A DNA stretch of 64,000 nucleotides, taken from contig OY781964.1 of NCBI GenBank assembly GCA_963677485.1, positions 3,712,001-3,776,000 on the forward strand, given 5' to 3'. The position numbers and the translations under genes are program-made. Origin of the DNA: Armatimonadota bacterium. GTDB lineage: Bacteria > Armatimonadota > HRBIN16. Shown here piece after piece: positions 10,475-19,923 of this stretch. The notes beneath the pieces were generated by a model. The model was not told the origin of the DNA, made no database searches, and was given only the letters and a program-made list of their open reading frames with translations. Each line of letters starts with the position of its first letter. Position 1 is the stretch's first letter.

Positions 10475-10858
10475 ATGACTGACAAAGTTCTTTACTGGCT
10501 CGAAATAGCTGATTACGATCTCGACACCGCACGTGACATGCTTAAGGCCAAGCGTTACGTGTACGTAGGGTTCATGTGCCACCAGGCTGTTGAGAAGGCG
10601 ATGAAAGCGGTGGTCGCATCAACTGGTGTGTTTCCGCCGAAGATACACAATTTAAAGGCACTTGCTGAAAAGGCCGGATGTCTTGCTAAAATGAGTCCTG
10701 AGCAGATAGCCTTCCTGGTGGACCTGACACCGATGAACCTGGAAACGAGGTGTCCTGAGGAGAAAAAGAAAATCTATGACTTGCTGACGGCCAGTTATAG
10801 CAAGGAAATACTCAGGAAAACGGAGGAGTTCTTATGTTGGATAAAAGCTATGTTGTAG
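10475..10858 (+). CDS. HEPN domain protein
   Basis: W...A..DL..A, FMCHQAVEKAMKA, PPKIHNL; AAGGAG RBS. Confidence 0.9.
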   Translation: MTDKVLYWLEIADYDLDTARDMLKAKRYVYVGFMCHQAVEKAMKAVVASTGVFPPKIHNLKALAEKAGCLAKMSPEQIAFLVDLTPMNLETRCPEEKKKIYDLLTASYSKEILRKTEEFLCWIKAML

Positions 10859-11151
10859 AGTGCGTGCGCCGATTAGCTGATCTGGTACGACACGATGCAG
10901 ATATCCAGCAGGTGATATTGTTCGGCTCATACAGCCACGGAACTGCCAATGATGAAAGTGACATTGATGTTGCCGTGGTGACTGATACCGAAGATAACTG
11001 GTGGCCCAGGGTGACTGATCTGTGGCGGATGTGCAGTGATGTTGACTCAATGATCGAACCGCACCTGATGTATTCCGGCTCAGACCGCAGCGGCTTCCTT
11101 GAGGAAATCCGCCGCACGGGCGTGTTGATCTACGAACGCCAGAGTGCGTGA
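10834..11151 (+). CDS. Minimal nucleotidyltransferase (MNT), partner of HEPN
   Basis: LFGSYSHG...SDIDVAV motif; overlaps the HEPN 3' end. Confidence 0.9.
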   Translation: MLDKSYVVECVRRLADLVRHDADIQQVILFGSYSHGTANDESDIDVAVVTDTEDNWWPRVTDLWRMCSDVDSMIEPHLMYSGSDRSGFLEEIRRTGVLIYERQSA

Positions 11152-11163
11152 TACCCCCAAGTG

Positions 11164-11207
11164 TGAAGAAGCCCATCCGACATGCTTATGTCGGATGGGC
11201 TTCTTCA
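11164..11207. terminator. Bidirectional hairpin terminator between convergent genes
   Basis: Perfect 20-bp stem tgaagaagcccatccgacat-gctt-atgtcggatgggcttcttca. Confidence 0.75.
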
Positions 11208-11220
11208 TGGTGATGTAACC

Positions 11221-13536
11221 CTACTTGGTAGTTTTGACCTCATACACACTACCCGACTTCAGCTTCACGCTGCCGGCACCGGGCAGATGGAGCTTCAGGC
11301 TTTGCACGATCTCACCCTGTTTCCATGGCATCATGAAGCAAAGCCTCTTCTGTGCATCCGGGAAGCGAATCTGCCGAGACACGATCCCTGCGTCTTCCTT
11401 ACCCGGTAGTGACCAGCTTACCCGCAGGTCCCTGGTGGGCTTCTCTACTTGTATCTCCAGTTTGAGCAGGTTCAAACCATCGGAGTTGACTTCGAAATCT
11501 GACATAGGCAGCACGATGTAAGGATCATTACCCATGACCGTGAAGCTGGCAACACCCTTGGAAGTGCCCTCATACTTGATGTCATGCAAGGTGGCTGAAG
11601 GCAGACCCAGAGTGCTGATATCTAGTTTCCACTTTCGCACGGAGGTGGCTTGGTGGTCACCTGATGTCAGCTCATTCACCACTTTTTGCAGTGGGGCGAG
11701 GTGCTGCTGCAGGTAGCTATGTTCGGATATGCTCATGCGCTGCAACATGTTGGCGATCTTCTTCATTGGAGCTTGCTTGGAGTTGCCATTGGCGGTGCTG
11801 GCCTGAAGCACGCTGTCAGCCAGGTCATCCCAGGTTGACAGTGGCAGCGGCTCACCCAGGGTTTCCAGAATCTGCTTGCGAGGCATCACCTTAAGCTTGC
11901 CGGCTTCTTTCGCCTTTTCGACTATCGCCAGCAAATCCGATATCTTGGCGCTGGCGTAACCGGAGCCGCTGTATTCGCAGCCCTCGCCTGAATACCAGAT
12001 TTTGACTTCGTCACCAGCGATCACGGCTGAACAAGCGCGCACACCCAGGTGACCCCATGTTCCCCAGTCCGACCAGGTGACGATCGGGTCACTGCTCTGG
12101 AAGGGCGGTTCTGTGGTAGCGATGTCGTCATACTTCACCCAGTTGACTCCATCCAGCGAGAACGCCCATCCCAGCCGCTTCACCCCAGCCACAAACTCAT
12201 CATTGGTGATGTGTCCGTGGTAGAAGCAATGGTAGCTGGCGCCGGATTTACCTTTATATATACGTGTTTGTGTCTCTTCATCGCCCAGCTTCAGCATTGC
12301 GGCGGCCGACAGCCAGCCGCTGTCCCATTCGCCTGGTTCGCCCTGGGTGATCACAGGACTGAGGGATGACTTCTTCCAATGGATACAATCACTGCTTTCA
12401 GCGTATCCGAACTCGTTACGGTAACCTCGCTCAGCGAAGTTGATACCCGTATACCACATCTTCCAGATGTTGCCATCCTTGATGAACGAGTGGTCGCCAA
12501 TCACGTTCTCGTCCCAGGCACCCGTCGGGCCCATGTAAAATAGGGGATTGCCGGGTTCGGATGTCCAGTGGATGCCGTCCTTAGAGCGGTGCAGACCCAT
12601 GCCATCCCACCAGTTGGCGTTGATGGTGCTGCCGGCTGGGTGCCACATGAGATACTCGTCTCCGTACTTCAGACCGTCGGCATCGGCCTCATTGAAGTCA
12701 CCCCAAGTTCCTGGGGCTCCCAGAGGTTTCACCGCCTTGGTGCCGGCTGGCTGCGTCCAGGTGATGCCATCCTTGGATTCCGCATACGCCTGGCCATCAC
12801 CGCTGCTGTACCACATCTTATAGGTGTCGCCGTCCAGGATCACGGTTGGCGAATAGGCGTCGATGTTCAGCGGGTTCCCGGCGTAGACGGTGAACGGGCT
12901 TTTCGATCGCAAAGCTGGCTTCACCGATATATCGCTGAAGGAACCGGTCGCCGCCGCGGCGTAGAATCCAACCATTCCGCTGGGATGCTGTGATACCTTG
13001 TTTTCGACCGCGTGCCCTACATACTGACCGTCGATATAACAGTAGATGCCAGCCCGGTCCGTCACCACTTTCATTCGATACGGATGGTCAAACTTAGCCT
13101 GAAACGGGAAGGTGCCCAGCGTGGTGAACTGCAGATTTCTGACAACCTCGATGGTGACCACTTTCCGTGGCGCATTGAACCGCACGTTGATGAAATCATC
13201 TGTCGCATCGTTACCACGCAGGATCAGGCCGAGGCCTGCCCAGGATTCCCCGTTGTTCGATTGCATGTTGATGGTCGCCTCGAACACACAGTCTATCCAT
13301 TCATATCCATTCACGAATGTGCGTGCTCTGACGGCATCGACATCTGTGGATTGGAGGGAAGTTCCGTCTAGATTCCATGTGCCTTCCTTGGTGATCAGGT
13401 TGCCAGCGAGCTGGGCGCTTGTGATCGCTGCGGTTGTTTTGTCTACTGCCGTCAGGTCGGCAGCCGTCGATACCGCTGCTGTCGTCATCGCCATGAATAA
13501 TACCCCCATGATTTGGCTAATATTGGTTCTGTGCAT
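11221..13536 (-). CDS. Secreted multidomain protein: concanavalin/DUF1080-like domain, five-bladed beta-propeller glycosidase-like domain (GH32/43/130-like) and C-terminal beta-sandwich
   Basis: Signal peptide; repeated blades YKMWYS, AESKDGITW, SKDGIHW, SLDGVNW, WD...; start at ATG 13536 after GGAG. Confidence 0.75.
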   Translation of the reverse strand: MHRTNISQIMGVLFMAMTTAAVSTAADLTAVDKTTAAITSAQLAGNLITKEGTWNLDGTSLQSTDVDAVRARTFVNGYEWIDCVFEATINMQSNNGESWAGLGLILRGNDATDDFINVRFNAPRKVVTIEVVRNLQFTTLGTFPFQAKFDHPYRMKVVTDRAGIYCYIDGQYVGHAVENKVSQHPSGMVGFYAAAATGSFSDISVKPALRSKSPFTVYAGNPLNIDAYSPTVILDGDTYKMWYSSGDGQAYAESKDGITWTQPAGTKAVKPLGAPGTWGDFNEADADGLKYGDEYLMWHPAGSTINANWWDGMGLHRSKDGIHWTSEPGNPLFYMGPTGAWDENVIGDHSFIKDGNIWKMWYTGINFAERGYRNEFGYAESSDCIHWKKSSLSPVITQGEPGEWDSGWLSAAAMLKLGDEETQTRIYKGKSGASYHCFYHGHITNDEFVAGVKRLGWAFSLDGVNWVKYDDIATTEPPFQSSDPIVTWSDWGTWGHLGVRACSAVIAGDEVKIWYSGEGCEYSGSGYASAKISDLLAIVEKAKEAGKLKVMPRKQILETLGEPLPLSTWDDLADSVLQASTANGNSKQAPMKKIANMLQRMSISEHSYLQQHLAPLQKVVNELTSGDHQATSVRKWKLDISTLGLPSATLHDIKYEGTSKGVASFTVMGNDPYIVLPMSDFEVNSDGLNLLKLEIQVEKPTRDLRVSWSLPGKEDAGIVSRQIRFPDAQKRLCFMMPWKQGEIVQSLKLHLPGAGSVKLKSGSVYEVKTTK

Positions 13537-13702
13537 CAATGTCGTCTCCATTCGTTGCATTACAGTATGAATATAGTCCTATGTGAAGTGAGAGTCGATA
13601 GCATTGATATCGAATGTTTGGCAATTCTTGTTATTATACAGTGACCATATAGAGCATCAATAGGCGTGACATTCTATCCGGTGGCCTTGAGGGGGTAGTC
13701 AA

Positions 13703-14509
13703 TTGGATTCATCAAGTATATTACACTTACCAAAAATTACGCACGCCAGAGAACATCAGGGCGGGGTTCTGGCGGCATACATTGACCGCGAATACGTATT
13801 CCAGCACTGCGTGAGCGGCGAGGCGAAGTTCCGGCTGCGGGACAGCTTGTACCGGGTGACACCAGGCACCACCTTTCTGATGCCTCCGCAGTTGCCCCAT
13901 GCGCTGCACTTTATGACTGAGGTGAGGGACTACCGGTATCTGGTGGTGCATTTCTCTTTGCCGGAGGATTCCACCCTGCTGAAGCCGTTCCCTATGGTGG
14001 TATCACTGACCGGTGATGATGCCGATGCGGTATCCAACTCCCTGAAGGAGATAGTCTCAGAATGGCAGGCCGGGCAGCCAGGATATCGGCTAGTCACCTC
14101 AGGTCTGCTGGTGAAGGCACTGGGCATTTTCTGGCGTCACCGCGGCGCCGATGTTCTTTCGGATGTGGTCGTGTCCAGTGCCTGGCAGGATGTCGAACGC
14201 GCCATCAGTTGGATGCATCAACACTACATGGAACCATTGAGCGTGGATCGTATGGGGCAAGTGGCTGGTCTATCACCTGCCTACTTCTGTAAGGCGTTCA
14301 AGGAGTACACCGGCTGCAGCCCACACCGCTACCTCACCAACATCAGGGTCAGCAAGGCCACCCAGCTATTAACGACCACCGAGTTGAGCTGTACGCAGGT
14401 CGCCGAGCGTGTTGGGATCCCGACGGTGGCCGCCTTCAGCCGAGTATTCCATCGCGTGATGGGGGTTTCGCCAACCCAGTGGGTTCAGGACAACTATCCC
14501 AATAGTTGA
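13703..14509 (+). CDS. AraC family transcriptional regulator
   Basis: N-terminal cupin; C-terminal double HTH LSPAYFCKAFKEYTG...FSRVFHRVMGVSP. Confidence 0.93.
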   Translation: MDSSSILHLPKITHAREHQGGVLAAYIDREYVFQHCVSGEAKFRLRDSLYRVTPGTTFLMPPQLPHALHFMTEVRDYRYLVVHFSLPEDSTLLKPFPMVVSLTGDDADAVSNSLKEIVSEWQAGQPGYRLVTSGLLVKALGIFWRHRGADVLSDVVVSSAWQDVERAISWMHQHYMEPLSVDRMGQVAGLSPAYFCKAFKEYTGCSPHRYLTNIRVSKATQLLTTTELSCTQVAERVGIPTVAAFSRVFHRVMGVSPTQWVQDNYPNS

Positions 14510-14616
14510 GAAGCGGACCTTGATGGGATCGTATCGAACTCAGAAGGAACAGAGCCATGGGTTGACGTATATATAACCTATAGCGATACCCAACAAAAGC
14601 TGTATGGAGACATGGG

Positions 14617-17600
14617 ATGAAAGCATCTTCCGATACCGCAACCACTCAGATTGAGACCAAGGACGTGACCGTCGGGCTTCGGCAGGGAGCGGTGGTGGCG
14701 ATCACCAACCGGTTGACCTCAGAAAGCTATCTGATGGCTAATAGTTCTGAGGTATATGCCCGTGTCCACAGCACCGCGAACAAGCTGCCCTCGAGCCAGG
14801 CTCCTGGTGAATGCAGCGTGAACCGCCAGGGGAGCGTAGCCACGCTGAGATCGATCTGGAGCGATGGAAGCAAAGCCAGTACGGTATGCGAAGTTGATCC
14901 CAAATCTGGCGAGGTGATGATTACCCAGCAGGCCAGCACCCCATCGGGTGGTGTTTATGGGGTGTCCTGGGAGCTGGGGGATGTGCCTGACAGCATGTCG
15001 ATACTCGTACCCGGTGACAGCGGCCAGTGTCTGGGTGCCGAATCGGCCTTCGAAACACGCAGCTTTGACTATCCTATGCAATGGGAAGCCCCATATGTGG
15101 TGATCCTGGGATCGAAGGGTGGGGTGGTCATCCGCGCGGAAGACACGAAATACCAGTTCAAAACTCTGCATGTGGAGCACCGTCCGGGCTTTTTCCGTTT
15201 GCGGTTTGAAAGCCGAAACCAGGCACCATTTGACAAGCTGAACTCTGTGAAGTCCGTCAACTGGAAGATCACCGCATTCCGTGGACCGTGGCAAGTCGGC
15301 GCGGCGATTTATAACAACTGGGCAGCCAAGGCCTACAAGATGGTGTCTCTCGAGCGTAAGTCGGCCGCCTGGGCCAAGGATATCCAGTTCATCGTCACCA
15401 TGGATACCAATGTGGACCTGCTGCAGCCTCTGGCAAAACAGGTGAACCCCAGGCAGACCATCCTCTATCTGCCGGGCTGGCGTAAAGACGGTTATGACCG
15501 CAACTATCCAACCTACGAGGCGATAGATGGCTTCGAGCTGTTCGTGCAGGCCGCCCACAAGTTCGGTTTTCGCGTGATGCCGCACTGCAACTACTTTGGC
15601 TGCGACCCTTTGAACCCGCTATTCGCGCAGTTTGAAAAATACCAGATCCGCGATGCCTTCACCAAGGAACCGCAATGGTGGATTTGGAAAGCCGAACCGA
15701 TCATCAAATTCGCCTACATAAATCCCGCTAGCAAGGCCTGGCGAAAGCTGCTGGTGTCCCGCTTGGTGGAGCTGGTGAAGCGGTATAAAGTCGACGCACT
15801 CTACATTGACCAAACGCTGTGTATATATAATGATGGCGCTGGACTGGTCGACGGGATGAACTGCATTCAGGGCAACATCGCGCTGATCCGAGAGCTGACC
15901 CAAGCACTGCCCAATGTGCCTGTGGGCGGTGAGGGGTTGAACGAAGTGACCTGTCTATACGAGAGCTTCGCCCAGCGGCATGAGCTCTCCATCGACTTTA
16001 CTGCCGGTACTTGGGATACCAAGAAACTCGATCAAGCCCATCCCATCAGCTCCTCGCTGTTACTTCAGTACACCCGGATGTATGGCTACCTTGGTATGCC
16101 AAACCCCAACAACAATCCGGGGCTGTTTACCGCCTGGCGGACCGGATATGAGCGGTATGGGATCATACCGACGCTGCCATGGCCCAGCATCGACCAACTG
16201 GAAAAGCCAAGCGGGTTAGTCGCACAGGTATTTGACGAGGCCCGATTCTACCAGAAATACAAACCGACGGCAGACTTCAGCCCCACCTGGGGAAAGAGTG
16301 ACCGCTTTGTATACAAGCTGTCAGATGGCCGGCGGGCTGCATATCGGCAGGACACCGGCAGCAGCTTTCAGGTTGATGCTCCAGGCGGTAGCCAAACGCT
16401 CTGGCGGCGAATCACGGGCGTGTCTGAGCTGCCCACCACCGGCTCCATCCCCAGTTGGTATGCTTATGATGAGAAGAAGATCATCGGCCTGGACCCGGTG
16501 CAGACATACTACTGGAGCCCAAAGCCGCGCGACATGAAGGCACTCCACATCGCATCCTTACCAAGCCAGGAATTGACCTTAGCTGGGATCGGGGTACACG
16601 AGCAGTTCGCTAGGTTCCAGATGAAGTATGCGAAAGAGACGATCAGGCTGATGGACTGCGCGAGGCAGGCCCAGTCCGGTGTGAAGCTGTATAACGGGCT
16701 GGTGAAGCACTACCCAGGTGTTGGTTTTAGCGACGAATGCGGCGGGGCGATGATACAATCAGGCTCAGCGCTCTACATGCATCCGCCGTGGAAGCCATCC
16801 AAGGGAGGGCCTCAAACAACGAAGGCTGGGACTGGCTACGGCGATACTTTCGTGACCTACAACCTTGAGCTGCCTGCCGCGAAAAGCATCATTATCGAGG
16901 CGATGGTGAACCTTAGGGCCGGGCAGGACCCAGGTTCTGATGGGGTGCTGTTCCGCATAGAGGCATCGGCGGGCGGGAAACGGCTCTCCGCTGAGACGTT
17001 CGATGACACCACGGTGCCAAAGCCCCTGCGTCTCGATATTTCCTCGCTGAGTGGCCAGAAGGTAGAGCTGACACTCACGCTCAACCCAGGACCGGCCGGC
17101 AACTTTACCTGTGATGGCGCCATGGTCAACGACCCGGTGATCAAAGTCACCGCTGAGATGGCGGGTGCGGTTGAGGTGGTCTGTCCGCAGGCAGTCAAGC
17201 ATCTTCTCAGCGCATCGGGGCAGTCGAAACTCACCAGGGTTTCGGTTGATCGGTACCGCATCGAGAGCACCTTTCCCAACACCATCACGATGGTGTATTC
17301 CGATCCGTTGGCAATCACAGGGGATACAAACCTGCTGACCACGCCATACATGGCGTGCCAACGATCGAGCACAGGGATGGAGAGCCCTCCCGGTGGATGG
17401 TCATCAGTGGGCGTCGGTGAGGTGAGTTGCCTGAATGTACCTAAGCAGTCGTTATCGGCGCATCCGCCGGCCGATGGCAAGACCATCGTGGACTACTGGT
17501 TGAATGTGCCTTCTGGCAAAGCGAGGGTGATCGGGTATGTCGGCCTGCGGGATGGCTCCAAGTCGACGGGTGTGGCGTTCGAGGTGTGGGTGAATGGACA

Positions 17601-17775
17601 GCCTGTGGTCAGGAAAGTCGCAGTGCCTGACGATGGCTGGCTGCCGATTGAGGTAGATATTTCCCGTTATTCAGGCGCCCCTGTGATGCTGAGCCTGGTG
17701 ACCGACCCCAACGGGTTCGCGGACTACGACTGGGCAGTGTGGGGTGACATACGGCTGCAGACAGTTTGGAAATAA
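14617..17775 (+). CDS. DUF6259-like putative glycoside hydrolase with two C-terminal NPCBM-like domains
   Basis: GPWQVGA..Y, WRKDGYDRNYP, YINPAS..W, YIDQ, GEGLNE; two HPP...DG/TG V.F...DIS..SG..V.L...D.A modules. Confidence 0.65.
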   Translation: MKASSDTATTQIETKDVTVGLRQGAVVAITNRLTSESYLMANSSEVYARVHSTANKLPSSQAPGECSVNRQGSVATLRSIWSDGSKASTVCEVDPKSGEVMITQQASTPSGGVYGVSWELGDVPDSMSILVPGDSGQCLGAESAFETRSFDYPMQWEAPYVVILGSKGGVVIRAEDTKYQFKTLHVEHRPGFFRLRFESRNQAPFDKLNSVKSVNWKITAFRGPWQVGAAIYNNWAAKAYKMVSLERKSAAWAKDIQFIVTMDTNVDLLQPLAKQVNPRQTILYLPGWRKDGYDRNYPTYEAIDGFELFVQAAHKFGFRVMPHCNYFGCDPLNPLFAQFEKYQIRDAFTKEPQWWIWKAEPIIKFAYINPASKAWRKLLVSRLVELVKRYKVDALYIDQTLCIYNDGAGLVDGMNCIQGNIALIRELTQALPNVPVGGEGLNEVTCLYESFAQRHELSIDFTAGTWDTKKLDQAHPISSSLLLQYTRMYGYLGMPNPNNNPGLFTAWRTGYERYGIIPTLPWPSIDQLEKPSGLVAQVFDEARFYQKYKPTADFSPTWGKSDRFVYKLSDGRRAAYRQDTGSSFQVDAPGGSQTLWRRITGVSELPTTGSIPSWYAYDEKKIIGLDPVQTYYWSPKPRDMKALHIASLPSQELTLAGIGVHEQFARFQMKYAKETIRLMDCARQAQSGVKLYNGLVKHYPGVGFSDECGGAMIQSGSALYMHPPWKPSKGGPQTTKAGTGYGDTFVTYNLELPAAKSIIIEAMVNLRAGQDPGSDGVLFRIEASAGGKRLSAETFDDTTVPKPLRLDISSLSGQKVELTLTLNPGPAGNFTCDGAMVNDPVIKVTAEMAGAVEVVCPQAVKHLLSASGQSKLTRVSVDRYRIESTFPNTITMVYSDPLAITGDTNLLTTPYMACQRSSTGMESPPGGWSSVGVGEVSCLNVPKQSLSAHPPADGKTIVDYWLNVPSGKARVIGYVGLRDGSKSTGVAFEVWVNGQPVVRKVAVPDDGWLPIEVDISRYSGAPVMLSLVTDPNGFADYDWAVWGDIRLQTVWK

Positions 17776-17814
17776 AGCACCGATCCTGAATAAAAACCCT
17801 ACCGGATTTATCCG

Positions 17815-17903
17815 GTCGTCGGGGCGTCCCTTGTGGGCGCCCTACTCGATTGTTCATTCGATAATTCATGTTTTAGGGCGCCCACAAGGGACGCCCCTAC
17901 GAC
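17815..17903. repeat. GTAG-type REP doublet (30-bp inverted repeat, one mismatch)
   Basis: gtcgtcggggcgtcccttgtgggcgcccta ... tagggcgcccacaagggacgcccctacgac. Confidence 0.85.
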
Positions 17904-17949
17904 TAGTTGCTTACAAGGAGACATCACACATCGAAGGCGTGACTGGTTC

Positions 17950-19890
17950 ATGAGTATCCAAGAGCCAAAACATAGCGGCGCATCCTGGCGGTCGATCATC
18001 ATCGGTCTGCTTCTACTGCCGCTCAACGCGCTGTGGATGGCGTTGATGGAAGTGAAGACGAACTCGCTGGACACCACGGCGGTCAGCTTGTTCTTTCATG
18101 TGATCTTCATGCTCTTGCTGATCACCGCCCTCAACGCGCTGGTTCGCCGTATGAAACCAGGTTGGGGGTTGTGTCAGGGGGAGCTGCTGACCATCTATTC
18201 AATGGTCAGCGTGGGCAGTGCGATGGGCGGACGGGATATGCTGACCAATCTGCTGCCGAACCTGACCCATCCTTTCTGGTATGACACCACGGCCAACGGG
18301 TATGCACAGCTCATGAAGCACATCCCCGACTGGATGGCTGTGCGTGATAAGGACATCCTGCATGGTTATTTCTACGGCGACACGGTGTTGAGCCGCCGAA
18401 TCCTTCTAGCCTGGCTGCCTGTGATGCTGTTCTGGGTGGGCATGTTGACGGTGCTGAGTTACATGATGCTCTGCCTCAATGCCGTGGTGCGAAAACACTG
18501 GGTTGAAGATGAGAAGCTGAGCTTCCCGCTGATGAACATCCCACTCGCCATCACAGCCAGCCCATCGCCGTTTCGCAGTAAGGTGTTCCTGCTGGGTTTC
18601 ATCATACCCGTGCTCATACAGTCACTGAATTACCTGGCTTACTGGTTCCCTAGTCTGCCGACCTGCCATCTGAAGCTGCAGAATATCGGGCAATATTTCA
18701 CCACACCTCCCTGGAATGGGCTGGGCTGGTTTCCCATCGCGTTCTTTCCGTTTGCCATCGGGATCGCCTACTTTCTGCCGGTCGACCTGCTGTTTGGCTG
18801 CTGGTTCTTCTATCTGCTGCGGAAGCTGATCGATGTGGGCTGCGTGGCCTGGGGGCTGCATGACCCTGGTGCTTCGGCTGCTACGCTGGCGTTGCCATAT
18901 GTGAAGGAGCAGGGGACGGGTGCATGGCTGGGACTGGTGCTGACGATGTTATGGTTGTCACGAACCACCTGGCTGGCGGTGCTCAAGCAGGCGATACATC
19001 CCCAGACAGGCGGTGACGACCCCCAGGCTGGTATGAGCTATCGAGCGGCTTTGCTGGGTATGTTAGTGGGTAGTGTGGTCTTGACGCTGATGTTTGTGAA
19101 GGCCGGCATGAGCTGGTGGCTGCCCCCGCTCTATTTTGCGTTCTATTTCATCCTCAGCATCGGGGTCACCAGGGTTCGTGCTGAGCTTGGACCGCCCGCA
19201 CATGAGCTGAACTGGGTCAACCCCGAAAACTTCCTGGTCACCTTCTTCGGTACGACCGCTCTGGGCACACAGAACCTCACGCTGCTTTCGATGCTGTTTT
19301 GGTTCAACCGAGGATACAGATGCCACCAGATGCCGCACATGCTGGAAGCCTCGTATATGGGCGGCAAGCAGAACTGGAACATGCGCCGGCTGCTGGTCGC
19401 GATGATGCTGGCGGCTGTAGTGGGCAGTATCTGCTGTATACTGGCTTTTCTATGGGTATTCTACAGTAACGGCGAAGCCACCCCGCGCATTCAGTGCTAT
19501 TCGTATGGCATAGGGCTGGAGGCCTATTCGCGGTTGTCGGACTGGAACGCCAACCCGCGAGGTCCCAGCGGAATACGCATTGTGTTCATTGGTATCGGCG
19601 CGGCGATCACGCTGCTGCTGGGTATGGCGCGGGGGATGCTCTCCTGGTGGCCGTTCCCTCCGCTGGCGTATGCACTGGCGAACAGTTACGCGCTGGAGTA
19701 TTTCTGGACCACCATGCTGATCGGTTGGGTGATCAAGCTGGTGACGTTGAAGGTGGGCGGAAACAAGCTCTACAAGCAGTTTCAGCCGTTCTTCCTGGGG
19801 CTGATCATCGGCGACTATGTGGTCGCCAGTGCCTGGGGGCTACTGGGTGCCATCACCGGCCTGCCCACCTACCGGACGTTTATATTTTGA
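17950..19890 (+). CDS. Polytopic membrane protein DUF6785/DUF6784 (putative OPT-like transporter)
   Basis: Many TM helices; ELLTIYSM, W...EKLSFPL, R.RAELG, WWPFPPLAY, PFFLGLIIGD; start ATG 17950. Confidence 0.75.
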   Translation: MSIQEPKHSGASWRSIIIGLLLLPLNALWMALMEVKTNSLDTTAVSLFFHVIFMLLLITALNALVRRMKPGWGLCQGELLTIYSMVSVGSAMGGRDMLTNLLPNLTHPFWYDTTANGYAQLMKHIPDWMAVRDKDILHGYFYGDTVLSRRILLAWLPVMLFWVGMLTVLSYMMLCLNAVVRKHWVEDEKLSFPLMNIPLAITASPSPFRSKVFLLGFIIPVLIQSLNYLAYWFPSLPTCHLKLQNIGQYFTTPPWNGLGWFPIAFFPFAIGIAYFLPVDLLFGCWFFYLLRKLIDVGCVAWGLHDPGASAATLALPYVKEQGTGAWLGLVLTMLWLSRTTWLAVLKQAIHPQTGGDDPQAGMSYRAALLGMLVGSVVLTLMFVKAGMSWWLPPLYFAFYFILSIGVTRVRAELGPPAHELNWVNPENFLVTFFGTTALGTQNLTLLSMLFWFNRGYRCHQMPHMLEASYMGGKQNWNMRRLLVAMMLAAVVGSICCILAFLWVFYSNGEATPRIQCYSYGIGLEAYSRLSDWNANPRGPSGIRIVFIGIGAAITLLLGMARGMLSWWPFPPLAYALANSYALEYFWTTMLIGWVIKLVTLKVGGNKLYKQFQPFFLGLIIGDYVVASAWGLLGAITGLPTYRTFIF

Positions 19891-19923
19891 CCGCGCATTA
19901 TCTCATATTGACAGGAGACAGAG

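Noticed and set aside
11182-11409. Small plus-strand ORF after the MNT
   Set aside because: Starts inside the terminator hairpin and is antisense to a real gene
17833-17949. N-terminal extension of the membrane protein given in the ORF track
   Set aside because: Runs through the REP doublet; ATG 17950 is more plausible
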